A stretch of DNA of 64,000 bases from Candidatus Parcubacteria bacterium (GCA_003599635.1 QZIX01000009.1:407-64406), one strand, 5' to 3'; positions 24,167 through 32,354 are shown, numbered from the stretch's first letter. The notes: generated from the sequence alone by a model not told the origin. Program-made: numbers and translations.

Positions 24167-27100
24167 TTGCCAAAAAGCTAGGGGAGTTTCTTTGGTTGAA
24201 GCGATAGTTGCTATTGCTGTTTTTTGTCTGTTAATAACGGCAATTGTCGGCTTAATAAGCAATGTTTATCTATCGCAGACGCAGTCAAGTAAAGAGCAGC
24301 AGGCTATAACCTTTGCCCAGGAAGGTCTGGAAGCGGCAAGATCCATCCGTCGAAGGGCGTGGAATTTATTAGGTCAGGGAACATACGGTCTGACAAACGC
24401 TGCCGGTTACTGGGACTGGAACGGCAGTCAGGATTTACAGGACGGTTTTATCAGAGAAATAACCGTTGAAGATGTTTATCGCAATCCGGCAGGCGATATA
24501 GTGTCGTCTCCGGGGGCTGATGACATTCCAGATCTGCAGACCAAAAAGATAATGTCGAAAGTTAGCTGGCCGGTTTTTCCCGGTTTTAACACTGATGTTT
24601 ATTTGTCCGAATATTTTACTAACTGGCAGTCAAAGGACTGGGCGCAGACAGACTGGTCAGGCGGACCGGGACAACAGAGTTTTTCCGATGCTTCAAAGTA
24701 TTTTACTGATGACGGCAATATCGACTATACTACCAGCGGAGAAATAAAACTTAAAAGCCTGTCAGGCGGCGGCTGCGGAAATAAGATTTGGGATTTTACC
24801 GATTTAAACTATACGCTAAGCGATCCGGCAAAAATTGAAATTTCAACTTCAGCACCCGGCTATGCCCAGCTGGTTTCAGTCGGGGGCGGCGATTATAACG
24901 GTCAAACTGTTAACCCCGGTTTTGACACCGGAATCGACCCCTGGGTTTTCAAATATGCCGGAGGCGTGACCCCAAGTTATTTTTGGCAAAATACCGGCGG
25001 CAATCCCGGAGGGTTCGGGCAAATTTCTTTTCCCAGCGCCAAAAATAAAACAGCCATCGGCTATTTCGAACAACCTTTTTTAGTCGATGCCCAAACAATC
25101 ACTCAGGCGCTTTTAAGTTTTGACGGAACCATAACTGAATATTCCCGACAGGCGGATATTTTTAAAATTTATGCTTTTGTCGATAATTTTTCCGGCACTC
25201 CCACTTTAGGACAGGAAGTCTGGTCTTCAGCCCATCAGACAGGCACCATCAGCTGGACGACTATTAGCAACATTGACGTTTCTTCCAAAATAAACGGACC
25301 CGGAATTTACTATTTAAAAATAGGCGTTTATGTCGATTACCCCGGATTAAACGCCAATTACATCGTCGGCTTGGACAACGCTTCTTTGTTTTGGTCAGGA
25401 GTTGCCGCCGGAAGTTATGCCACAGACAGGCCGACCGTCGTTCCTGCCGCGGATTTTTCGGTACCGGAAATTGAAATTTGGTCGTATTTTAATGAAACCG
25501 CCGAAAAAAACGGCGGAGAGATCTATTATCAGATTTCTGACGGCAGCCAATGGTATTGGTGGAACGGCAGCTGGATTACCGCTAACACGGGTGATTACAA
25601 TACCGCCGATATAGTTAATGCCAATATTTCTTCTTTTGCCACCAGCACGGCAAAAATAAACTTCCGGGCATTTCTTCAGTCAGATGGCAGCCAGTTTGTG
25701 CGGCTGGATAAAGTGGAAATCTCCTGTGCTAAAGTCGCTGTCTGGGATTTTACCGATTTAAACTATACGCTAAGCGATCCGGCAAAAATTGAAATTTCAA
25801 CTTCAGCGCCCGGCTATGCCCAGCTGGTCGGTTCAGGCGGCATGACAGGCGCTGCTGTATGGGATTTTACCGATTTAAACTATACGCTAAGCGATCCGAC
25901 AAAAATTGAAATTTCAACTTCAGCGCCCGGCTATGCCCAGCTGGTCGGTTCTACCGGCTCTTGTATCGGAACGTCAACCAGCTGTGATTTATTGGCAGAA
26001 GCAGATTGTAACAGCCAAAGCGGTTGCAGCTGGCAGCTGGGGCAGGGTTTTTGTCAGGATAACGGTACGTGTAATGGGCTGGATTCGGGAACCTGCAACA
26101 GTTGTGCCGGCGCCGGCTGCTCCAAAGCCGGAAAAAACTGCACCGGAACTTTGAATTGTTCCATCTACAGCCAAACGGAATGCGGCATTTGCAGCCAGTG
26201 TCTGTGGTCGGGAGGTGTTGGTACCTGTAGCGGTTATCCCACTTCCTGCGATTATTTTACCGACAATTTGTCCTGTGTGTCGCAGTTAGGATGCAGCTGG
26301 AATAATGGCAGTTATACCACTGACTATGTTTGGGTTTTGCCTAATTCTTCCTATACGGACGTTAATATGGAATACTGGACGTCGTTTACCGAAACAGCAG
26401 AAAAAAACGGCGGCGAAATTTATTATCAGCTGTCAAATGACAACGGCGCCAGCTGGTATTATTATAACGTGGGCTGGCAGCTTACAGTCGATCAATACAG
26501 CCCGGCAGCCGATATTTCAGCCAATATCGCTTCCTTTCCGGCATCGACCAAACAGATTAAATTTAGAGCATTTCTGCATTCGCCGACCGGAACGGAATTT
26601 GTCAGATTGGATAAAGTGGAAGTCGGCTGGGGAGCGGGGGGAGCGGGACTTGGTTCCTGTACGGGTACGCCAAATCCTTGCACATCATTTAGTCAAGATG
26701 AACAGGCATGTCTTGCCCAGACAGGTTGTATCTGGATGCAGGGTCAAGGTTCCTGCGAGAATGTCGGTTCTTGCAGCGGTTTAGATTCTGGGATCTGCAA
26801 TAGTTGTGCCGGCGCCGGCTGCTCCAAAGCCGGAAAAAACTGCGCCGGAACTTTGAACTGCTCAGTTTATAATCAGTCGGAATGCGTTCTTTGCAGCCAG
26901 TGTAACTGGACAGGAACTGTCAGCAGCTGCAGCGGCATTCCGAATCCCTGCGAACAATTTAATACTGAAAGCTCGTGCTTAAGCCAGATCGGATGCGCCT
27001 GGACATCGGGAGGCGCAGTGACTTTTCCGACAGATAATCCCTGGGTAAGACCAGATAATTCTTTTGCTGCTTCAAATATTCATGGCTGGAATTATTTTTA

Positions 27101-27713
27101 CGAAACAGCAGAAAAAAACGGCGGCGAAATTTATTATCAGCTGTCCGATGATGACGGTATAACCTGGCAATGGTTTGACGGTAATAACTGGTCGGTAATA
27201 AACACACCGTCCGATATGAATACCGCCGTGGCAATAAATCAAAAAATTTATCTTTTCCCCGCCGCCAGCCAGAAAATTTTATTCAAGGCGTTTTTACATT
27301 CCCCGACAGGATCTGAATTCGTAAAATTGGACGAGGTGAAAGTTGGCTACAGCGATGCCGGGGAGGGGGGCGGCGGATTTGTTTTGACCGGCATACTTGA
27401 ATCGTCGGCTTTTAATACCAATTCGCAGTCTTCCTTTAATATAGTTTCCTGGTCGGAAATACTGCCGTCAGTAAATGAAAATATAAAAATTCAGCTATCA
27501 ACCGCGCCTGATTCCGGAGGAATGCCTGGTGTCTGGACCGAATGGACAGGGATTTCTGGGGCGGGAACTTATTATGATGATTCCGCTGAAACAATAATAC
27601 CTTTTGAAAATAATCATAATTACCATCAGTGGATAAAATATCGGGCGGAACTTACGGGAGACGGTACTGATTCGCCTGTTTTGCATGAGATAAAATTAAA
27701 TTACACGCCATGA
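24153..27713 (+). CDS. giant pilin-like protein (1186 aa) with prepilin N-terminus, repeat modules, Cys-rich segments and Asp-box domains; putative pilus-associated adhesin
   Basis: The N-terminus KARG|VSLVEAIVAIAVFCLLI is a prepilin-like signal with Glu5. WDFTDLNYTLSDP.KIEISTSAPGYAQLV occurs three times. ETAEKNGGEIYYQ.S also occurs three times, with SxDxGxxW-like Asp-boxes. There are two Cys-rich modules. Confidence 0.7.
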   Translation: MLHINCQKARGVSLVEAIVAIAVFCLLITAIVGLISNVYLSQTQSSKEQQAITFAQEGLEAARSIRRRAWNLLGQGTYGLTNAAGYWDWNGSQDLQDGFIREITVEDVYRNPAGDIVSSPGADDIPDLQTKKIMSKVSWPVFPGFNTDVYLSEYFTNWQSKDWAQTDWSGGPGQQSFSDASKYFTDDGNIDYTTSGEIKLKSLSGGGCGNKIWDFTDLNYTLSDPAKIEISTSAPGYAQLVSVGGGDYNGQTVNPGFDTGIDPWVFKYAGGVTPSYFWQNTGGNPGGFGQISFPSAKNKTAIGYFEQPFLVDAQTITQALLSFDGTITEYSRQADIFKIYAFVDNFSGTPTLGQEVWSSAHQTGTISWTTISNIDVSSKINGPGIYYLKIGVYVDYPGLNANYIVGLDNASLFWSGVAAGSYATDRPTVVPAADFSVPEIEIWSYFNETAEKNGGEIYYQISDGSQWYWWNGSWITANTGDYNTADIVNANISSFATSTAKINFRAFLQSDGSQFVRLDKVEISCAKVAVWDFTDLNYTLSDPAKIEISTSAPGYAQLVGSGGMTGAAVWDFTDLNYTLSDPTKIEISTSAPGYAQLVGSTGSCIGTSTSCDLLAEADCNSQSGCSWQLGQGFCQDNGTCNGLDSGTCNSCAGAGCSKAGKNCTGTLNCSIYSQTECGICSQCLWSGGVGTCSGYPTSCDYFTDNLSCVSQLGCSWNNGSYTTDYVWVLPNSSYTDVNMEYWTSFTETAEKNGGEIYYQLSNDNGASWYYYNVGWQLTVDQYSPAADISANIASFPASTKQIKFRAFLHSPTGTEFVRLDKVEVGWGAGGAGLGSCTGTPNPCTSFSQDEQACLAQTGCIWMQGQGSCENVGSCSGLDSGICNSCAGAGCSKAGKNCAGTLNCSVYNQSECVLCSQCNWTGTVSSCSGIPNPCEQFNTESSCLSQIGCAWTSGGAVTFPTDNPWVRPDNSFAASNIHGWNYFYETAEKNGGEIYYQLSDDDGITWQWFDGNNWSVINTPSDMNTAVAINQKIYLFPAASQKILFKAFLHSPTGSEFVKLDEVKVGYSDAGEGGGGFVLTGILESSAFNTNSQSSFNIVSWSEILPSVNENIKIQLSTAPDSGGMPGVWTEWTGISGAGTYYDDSAETIIPFENNHNYHQWIKYRAELTGDGTDSPVLHEIKLNYTP
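24789..24874 (+). repeat. copy 1 of near-identical intragenic DNA repeat
   Basis: These 86 bp differ at one position from 25743-25828. Confidence 0.85.
25743..25950 (+). repeat. copies 2 and 3 of the same repeat, tandem with 117-bp period
   Basis: 25743-25833 and 25860-25950 (91 bp each) differ at one position (ggc/gac). Confidence 0.85.
25951..27360 (+). repeat. two tandem ~700-bp modules (Cys-rich segment + Asp-box domain)
   Basis: 26101-26158 versus 26803-26860 shows 2 mismatches in 58 bp. 26391-26434 versus 27102-27145 is 44 bp identical. The offsets are 702 and 711 bp. Confidence 0.75.
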
Positions 27714-28231
27714 AAAAACAGTTGACAATTAACACTTGCCAGCCGACAAACAGTAGGGGATTTACCTTAATTGAACTGATAATTTATATCGGCATTGTTT
27801 CAATAATTTTGGTTTCAGTCAGCTATCTGGTGCTGGAAGTTCTGTCCAGTCAGAGCAAGTCATATGCTTATCTGGAAACCGAACAGAATTTCAGGTTTGT
27901 GCAGGAGTTAATCACAACCGATATAAAAAAAGCGGATGACTTTTTCGTTCCCGATGATCAGACGCTTACGCTTTATTCCGGCACTGACGTTATAAACTAC
28001 CATTTTGATCCGTTGAAAAAAATAACCAGACAAAAAAATTCAGAACCGATTTTTGATATCAATACCGATGAAGTCGAAGTCCAGGGAAGTTTTTCTGATT
28101 ACAGTTTCCTTGGAAGAAGCAGGCAGGTCAGAGTCAATTTAACTATAAATAACAAAAATACAAGCGGTCTGTCGGATTTTTCCGCTCTTAAAACAGCCGC
28201 TTTTGCGGTCGAAATCCGCAGGCGGCGTTAG
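27710..28231 (+). CDS. prepilin-type minor pilin / pseudopilin
   Basis: SRG|FTLIELIIYIGIVSIIL. ATGA overlap with the upstream gene. Confidence 0.8.
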   Translation: MKKQLTINTCQPTNSRGFTLIELIIYIGIVSIILVSVSYLVLEVLSSQSKSYAYLETEQNFRFVQELITTDIKKADDFFVPDDQTLTLYSGTDVINYHFDPLKKITRQKNSEPIFDINTDEVEVQGSFSDYSFLGRSRQVRVNLTINNKNTSGLSDFSALKTAAFAVEIRRRR

Positions 28232-28240
28232 TAAAATCAA

Positions 28241-28630
28241 ATGATAAATTTCAAATTGCCTAAAATAAAGGATGACGGGTATATCGCTTTGATATCCTTG
28301 CTGATAATATCAGCCGTTTCTTTAAGCATAGCCATTGCCGTCAGCTTAAGAGGCATAGAAGACCTGCAGATGAGTTTTGCAAAAAGCAGCGGCTTAAGGG
28401 CCGAGGGCGCGGCTGAAAGCTGCATTGAAGAAGGGGTATTCCGGCTGAAGAAAAACTGGGCAAATTACAGCGCTACTTTATCAATTAACTCTGATTCCTG
28501 TATAATAAATGCAACAGTTAACGGCAATTCTGCCGATCTTGAAGCTTACGGCACAGCCGGAATTTTTACCCAAAAAATTTTGATGCAAATAGACAACAAT
28601 TTTGAAGTAACAAACTGGCAAAAAAATTAA
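28241..28630 (+). CDS. pilin-like protein lacking Glu5 (PilX/GspK-like minor pilin candidate)
   Basis: DDG|YIALISLLIISAVSLSIAIAV is a hydrophobic N-terminal helix without Glu at +5, as in GspK/PilX-type minor pilins. Confidence 0.45.
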   Translation: MINFKLPKIKDDGYIALISLLIISAVSLSIAIAVSLRGIEDLQMSFAKSSGLRAEGAAESCIEEGVFRLKKNWANYSATLSINSDSCIINATVNGNSADLEAYGTAGIFTQKILMQIDNNFEVTNWQKN

Positions 28631-28634
28631 ATTT

Positions 28635-30113
28635 ATGTTTAAAAAAGAAATTTTTGGTCTCGACGTATCGGATAATTCTCTTGAAGTTTTTCTGTTAAAA
28701 AGAATTTTCAGCCGTTTGAACGTGAAGTCATACGGGCGATCGCTGCTGGAAGGCGAAATTGTAAAGGATGGCATCATTAAAAAACCGGATTTGCTTTCGG
28801 CCGCCATTAAAAAACTTCTTTTAGAGTGCCGTCCCAGGCCTGTCAAAACCCGGTACTGCATCGTTTCATTGCCTGAATCGAAAGTGTATACCCATGTTTT
28901 CCGTCTGCCTCCGGATTTGGACAATGAACAGATAAAAAACGCCCTGCCCTTTGAGGCAGAAAAAATTATTCCATTTTCAACGGATCAGGTTTTTTTCGAC
29001 TTTAAAATAATCAGCCGGGAAAAAGATTATCAGGAAGTGTTTTATGCGGCAACCGAACATCAGATTATAGAATCATATAACAAAATGCTGCGACAAACGG
29101 GACTTGTTGCCGAAGCTTTTGAACTTGAGTCCATAAGCACGGCCCGAGCTTTGATTTCCTTAAAGGAAAGACAGGAGCCGGTTCTGATAATCGATATTGG
29201 TGCCAGAAGCACTAACTTGAATGTTTTTTACCGGGGAGCTCCGCATTTAAGCCGGGTCATTAATGCGGCGGGCAATCATTTCACCTCAGTAATTGCCAGA
29301 GAGCTTAAAATGTCGGAACAAAAAGCCGAAGAATTAAAACGCCATTCCGGTTTTGATCCGCAAAAATACGAAGCGAGGGTGATGTTTATTTTACAGAAAG
29401 AATTCACCCGGATAATAACCGAAGCGAAAGAGCTGATTAAATATTACGAAGACGAAAAAAACAAAAAAATTGCAAAAGTCATATTAACCGGCGGTTCGTC
29501 CCTGACACCCAAAATAAACGAATATTTTGCTGAAAATTTAAATCTTAAAGTTGAACCCGGAAACCCCAGGATAAAAATGGCAGACGGAGCATTGTATGCC
29601 AATGCCTTGGGATTGTCTATGAGAGGAGTTGAAAAAAAACCTTTTGTTTCTGACATTAACCTGAATTCCATCAGCGTGAAAAAAATGGAAATAATGCCGC
29701 CGTTGCAGGAAAAAAAGGAATGGAAAAAAATATATTTAGGTATCGGTTTATTGATTTTTTTCGGACTTATTCTTGCCTTTTTAATTTATGCCAGCCAGAA
29801 GCAGTTTTTTATTTTTAAATCACAAAATGCCATTTATGTTTATGATGAAACTGAAAATAAGCAAAATACCGAACAGGAAAAAACTTTAGTCGGTGAAATG
29901 GAAGCCGAAGGCGATAAGAATTTTGTGACTGTCAAAAATACGGGATCTTACTTAAATGTCCGGAAAGGACCCGGATACAACTACGAGATTATAAAAAAAA
30001 TTTACAGCGGCGAAAGATTCCAACTGCTTGATGAAAGTTCGGGATGGTATTTAATAAGTATTGACGAAAATCTTAAGGGCTGGGTTGTAGGGGAATATGT
30101 GCAAAAAGAATGA
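28635..30113 (+). CDS. pilM: PilM-like actin-fold pilus assembly protein fused to a TM segment and C-terminal SH3b domain
   Basis: GLDVSDNSLEV, IIDIGARSTNL and ILTGGSS are PilM/FtsA-like phosphate motifs. The TM segment is IYLGIGLLIFFGLILAFLIYA. The SH3_3-like tail is YLNVRKGPGYNYEIIKKIYSGERFQLLDESSGWYLI...GWVVGEYV. Confidence 0.75.
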   Translation: MFKKEIFGLDVSDNSLEVFLLKRIFSRLNVKSYGRSLLEGEIVKDGIIKKPDLLSAAIKKLLLECRPRPVKTRYCIVSLPESKVYTHVFRLPPDLDNEQIKNALPFEAEKIIPFSTDQVFFDFKIISREKDYQEVFYAATEHQIIESYNKMLRQTGLVAEAFELESISTARALISLKERQEPVLIIDIGARSTNLNVFYRGAPHLSRVINAAGNHFTSVIARELKMSEQKAEELKRHSGFDPQKYEARVMFILQKEFTRIITEAKELIKYYEDEKNKKIAKVILTGGSSLTPKINEYFAENLNLKVEPGNPRIKMADGALYANALGLSMRGVEKKPFVSDINLNSISVKKMEIMPPLQEKKEWKKIYLGIGLLIFFGLILAFLIYASQKQFFIFKSQNAIYVYDETENKQNTEQEKTLVGEMEAEGDKNFVTVKNTGSYLNVRKGPGYNYEIIKKIYSGERFQLLDESSGWYLISIDENLKGWVVGEYVQKE

Positions 30114-30164
30114 GATGTGGTATAATTTTACTGTATGTGGATAATAAATAAATTATTATAGTAT

Positions 30165-30656
30165 ATGGAAAACAAAAAAAGAAAAGGTTTTACCCTAATT
30201 GAATTATTAATAGTTATCGGCATTATTGCTATTCTGGCGGCCATAGTTTACGTGGCGGTCGATCCGGCCCGACGGCTGGCAGAAGCCAGAGATGCGACAA
30301 GATGGAGCGAAGTCAATTCTGTTTTAAATGCGGTATTAAAATATACCGTTGACAATCGCGGCACTCTACCGACAAATCTCGCTGGTGCAACAGATGATTT
30401 ATATTATGTTTTGGGAACAGCAGCGTCAGGTTGTAATACTGGCTGTACAGCCAGGACGACTCAAGGGGTTTGCCTTGACCTGACGGCAGATTTAGTGGAT
30501 GAATATTTGTCGGAAATTCCCCAGGATCCCTCATTGGCCGATGCAACACCGCCTTATGCCAACACGGATTATTACATAATGAAATCAGCTAACGGCAGGA
30601 TAACAGTCGGGGCGTGTGATCCGGAAAGAGCTGCGGCAATAAGCGTTACCAGATAA
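30165..30656 (+). CDS. type IV pilin (likely major pilin)
   Basis: KRKG|FTLIELLIVIGIIAILAAIV is a canonical prepilin signal. The C-terminal Cys residues could form a disulfide loop. A strong terminator follows. Confidence 0.85.
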   Translation: MENKKRKGFTLIELLIVIGIIAILAAIVYVAVDPARRLAEARDATRWSEVNSVLNAVLKYTVDNRGTLPTNLAGATDDLYYVLGTAASGCNTGCTARTTQGVCLDLTADLVDEYLSEIPQDPSLADATPPYANTDYYIMKSANGRITVGACDPERAAAISVTR

Positions 30657-30672
30657 AAAAATAAAATTTTTT

Positions 30673-30706
30673 AAAAAAACCCCTCCTTTTTAGGAGGGGT
30701 TTTAAT
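30673..30706. terminator. rho-independent terminator (A-run / stem / T-run, potentially bidirectional)
   Basis: aaaaaaa, cccctcc (30680-30686), loop ttttta, ggagggg (30693-30699), then tttt. Confidence 0.85.
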
Positions 30707-30719
30707 TGCTTTTTAATTT

Positions 30720-30728
30720 TGTTATAAT
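30720..30728 (+). promoter_or_regulatory. extended -10 element TGTTATAAT
   Basis: tgttataat ends at 30728, 31 nt before ATG 30759. I see no clear -35. Confidence 0.35.
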
Positions 30729-30758
30729 AAAATTACCGAAAAAGCTCAAAGTAAACAT

Positions 30759-31268
30759 ATGGCAAAAGCGGTGTTTATAATAGCCCAAAATGAATTCAGA
30801 GATGAAGAGTTTTTAAAACCGAAAGAATTTTTAAATGATCGTCAAATTGAAACTCTTATCGCCGCTCCAAAAAAAGAAACGGCTTGGGGAAAATTGGGCA
30901 CGAAAGTGGAACCGGACCTGGCCTGGCAAGATGTAAGCGAGGAAGATTTTGACGTTATCTTTTTTGTCGGCGGTCCTGGCATTAAAGAATATGCCGACGA
31001 TCCCGTCGTTTTAAATCTGGCACGCAACTTTGACAAAGCCGGCAAAATTGTGGCGGCAATCTGTTCAGCGCCGACTTTGCTTGCCAATGCCGGAATTCTT
31101 ATAGGAAAGAAAGTTACCGCCTTTCCCTCCGAGGAGGAAAATATAGTTAATAAGGGAGCCGAATATACCGGCATGCCGGTAGAAGTTGACGGTAATATAA
31201 TTACCGGCAAGGATCACAACAGCGCTTTGGATCTGGCATCAAAAATTGCCTGGCAGCTGGGGGAATAG
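30759..31268 (+). CDS. DJ-1/PfpI family protein
   Basis: The nucleophile elbow AAICSAPTLLANAGIL, a length of 169 aa, and the FVGGPG motif. Confidence 0.85.
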   Translation: MAKAVFIIAQNEFRDEEFLKPKEFLNDRQIETLIAAPKKETAWGKLGTKVEPDLAWQDVSEEDFDVIFFVGGPGIKEYADDPVVLNLARNFDKAGKIVAAICSAPTLLANAGILIGKKVTAFPSEEENIVNKGAEYTGMPVEVDGNIITGKDHNSALDLASKIAWQLGE

Positions 31269-31393
31269 TGTGGATGAAGATAATTTGATTTGATCCAAGT
31301 TATTTTTAAACTCCGCTATAAGCAGATAAAAGATATCAATTTGACATATAATTAAGAGAATTTATCTACGTTATATCTGAGCAAATTGCCGGG

Positions 31394-31510
31394 ATGAGGG
31401 AAGGAATGGATATGGAAGAAAAACGGCAGCAAGTATATAAAAAATTCGCTAATTGTTACGGCAAAAAAGATGCGACTGACCGCGGCAGCACTGACAAAAT
31501 CAAAATTTAA
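31394..31510 (+). CDS. possible small ORF (38 aa)
   Basis: Translates to MREGMDMEEKRQQVYKKFANCYGKKDATDRGSTDKIKI and ends 4 nt before a strong terminator. No homology is recognised. Confidence 0.25.
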   Translation: MREGMDMEEKRQQVYKKFANCYGKKDATDRGSTDKIKI

Positions 31511-31513
31511 AAT

Positions 31514-31547
31514 AAAATCCGCTGCCAAAAATACGGCAGCGGATTTT
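31514..31547. terminator. bidirectional rho-independent terminator
   Basis: aaaatccgctgcc (31514-31526) pairs with ggcagcggatttt (31535-31547) around an 8-nt loop. T-rich sequence lies downstream on both strands. Confidence 0.8.
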
Positions 31548-31566
31548 ATTTTTGTTTGATTTATTT

Positions 31567-31773
31567 TTATTTTTTTATTGCGATTTTTTCAGAATTTTCA
31601 CGAGTATATGGATTTTTTTCGCTGACATTGATCAGATAGGAAGCAAGCAGATAGAAGACAAGGCAGGAGAAAAAAACCAGCACAATAAAATTTTTTCTGA
31701 ATTTTTTGGGCTTAAAATACCAGCCAAAAGAACTCGGTCGGTCGATTTTATGTTTTATGGTCTGGTAAATCAT
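31567..31773 (-). CDS. small membrane protein, hypothetical
   Basis: One TM segment (FIVLVFFSCLVFYLLASYLI). It starts 1 nt after the stop of the upstream HTH gene. Confidence 0.45.
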   Translation of the reverse strand: MIYQTIKHKIDRPSSFGWYFKPKKFRKNFIVLVFFSCLVFYLLASYLINVSEKNPYTRENSEKIAIKK

Positions 31774-31774
31774 A

Positions 31775-31954
31775 TTATGTCCTGTTTTTGTTCATAAATT
31801 CCAGAATGTCTTTTTCAAAAACCCGGTACGTTTTGTGCCCAAGTCGGGAGGATTTGAGCTGACCCGATTCAACCCAACGATAAACCGTACGCAGGCTAAC
31901 CTTAAACACCTGCGCTACTTCTTCGAGCGTGTAAATGGGGATTAAATTTTTCAT
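31775..31954 (-). CDS. excisionase-family (MerR-like) helix-turn-helix DNA-binding protein, 59 aa (below ORF-track cutoff)
   Basis: My translation is MKNLIPIYTLEEVAQVFKVSLRTVYRWVESGQLKSSRLGHKTYRVFEKDILEFMNKNRT. It matches the excisionase-type HTH_17 pattern (t..EaA..l.vs..tvyrw...G.l...r.G...r....dl..f). Confidence 0.7.
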   Translation of the reverse strand: MKNLIPIYTLEEVAQVFKVSLRTVYRWVESGQLKSSRLGHKTYRVFEKDILEFMNKNRT

Positions 31955-32261
31955 CAGGTTGCAATAGGGGAATCAATAAGATATGATGCTTATATTTTAC
32001 TGAAAAAAGTCATCCATTGTCAATTAAATGATATCCACAGTCAGCTATAATAATTTAAATAACATTATAGTCTATATAAATTGATTAAATAGTAATATAA
32101 ATCAATAAAATACTTAAAATAGTATCAAATATCATAAAAAATAATCAAAATTAACAAAAAGTATACATTGTCATTCATTGACAACAAGGATATTGGCTAT
32201 TTCCTGCACGCAAAAATTGTTAAAATTAATAAAGGAGTATTCCCTCTAAGTATTTGATTTA

Positions 32262-32297
32262 ACGGCACGCATTAAAGGAGAATGCTGCCGTTTTTTA
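32262..32297 (+). terminator. orphan terminator in a 500-bp intergenic region (possible sRNA 3' end)
   Basis: acggca(c)gcatt pairs with aatgctgccgt around the 7-nt loop aaaggag, followed by tttttt. No ORF precedes it. Confidence 0.5.
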
Positions 32298-32325
32298 TAA
32301 AAATTTTGGAAAAGTGATATTTATA

Positions 32326-32354
32326 TTGATTAATCGACTTGTTTGTCATATAAT
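32326..32354 (+). promoter_or_regulatory. sigma70-like promoter for uvrB
   Basis: TTGATT at 32326-32331, a 17-nt spacer, then TATAAT at 32349-32354. Confidence 0.55.

Noticed and set aside
24876-27686. Multiple alternative-frame and antisense ORFs inside the giant pilin-like gene (for example 25402..25614, 25906..26154, 26305..26784, 26959..27234)
   Set aside because: The region is richer in GC than its surroundings, which lengthens random ORFs. Only the 24153..27713 frame carries the prepilin signal, repeats and Asp-box motifs.
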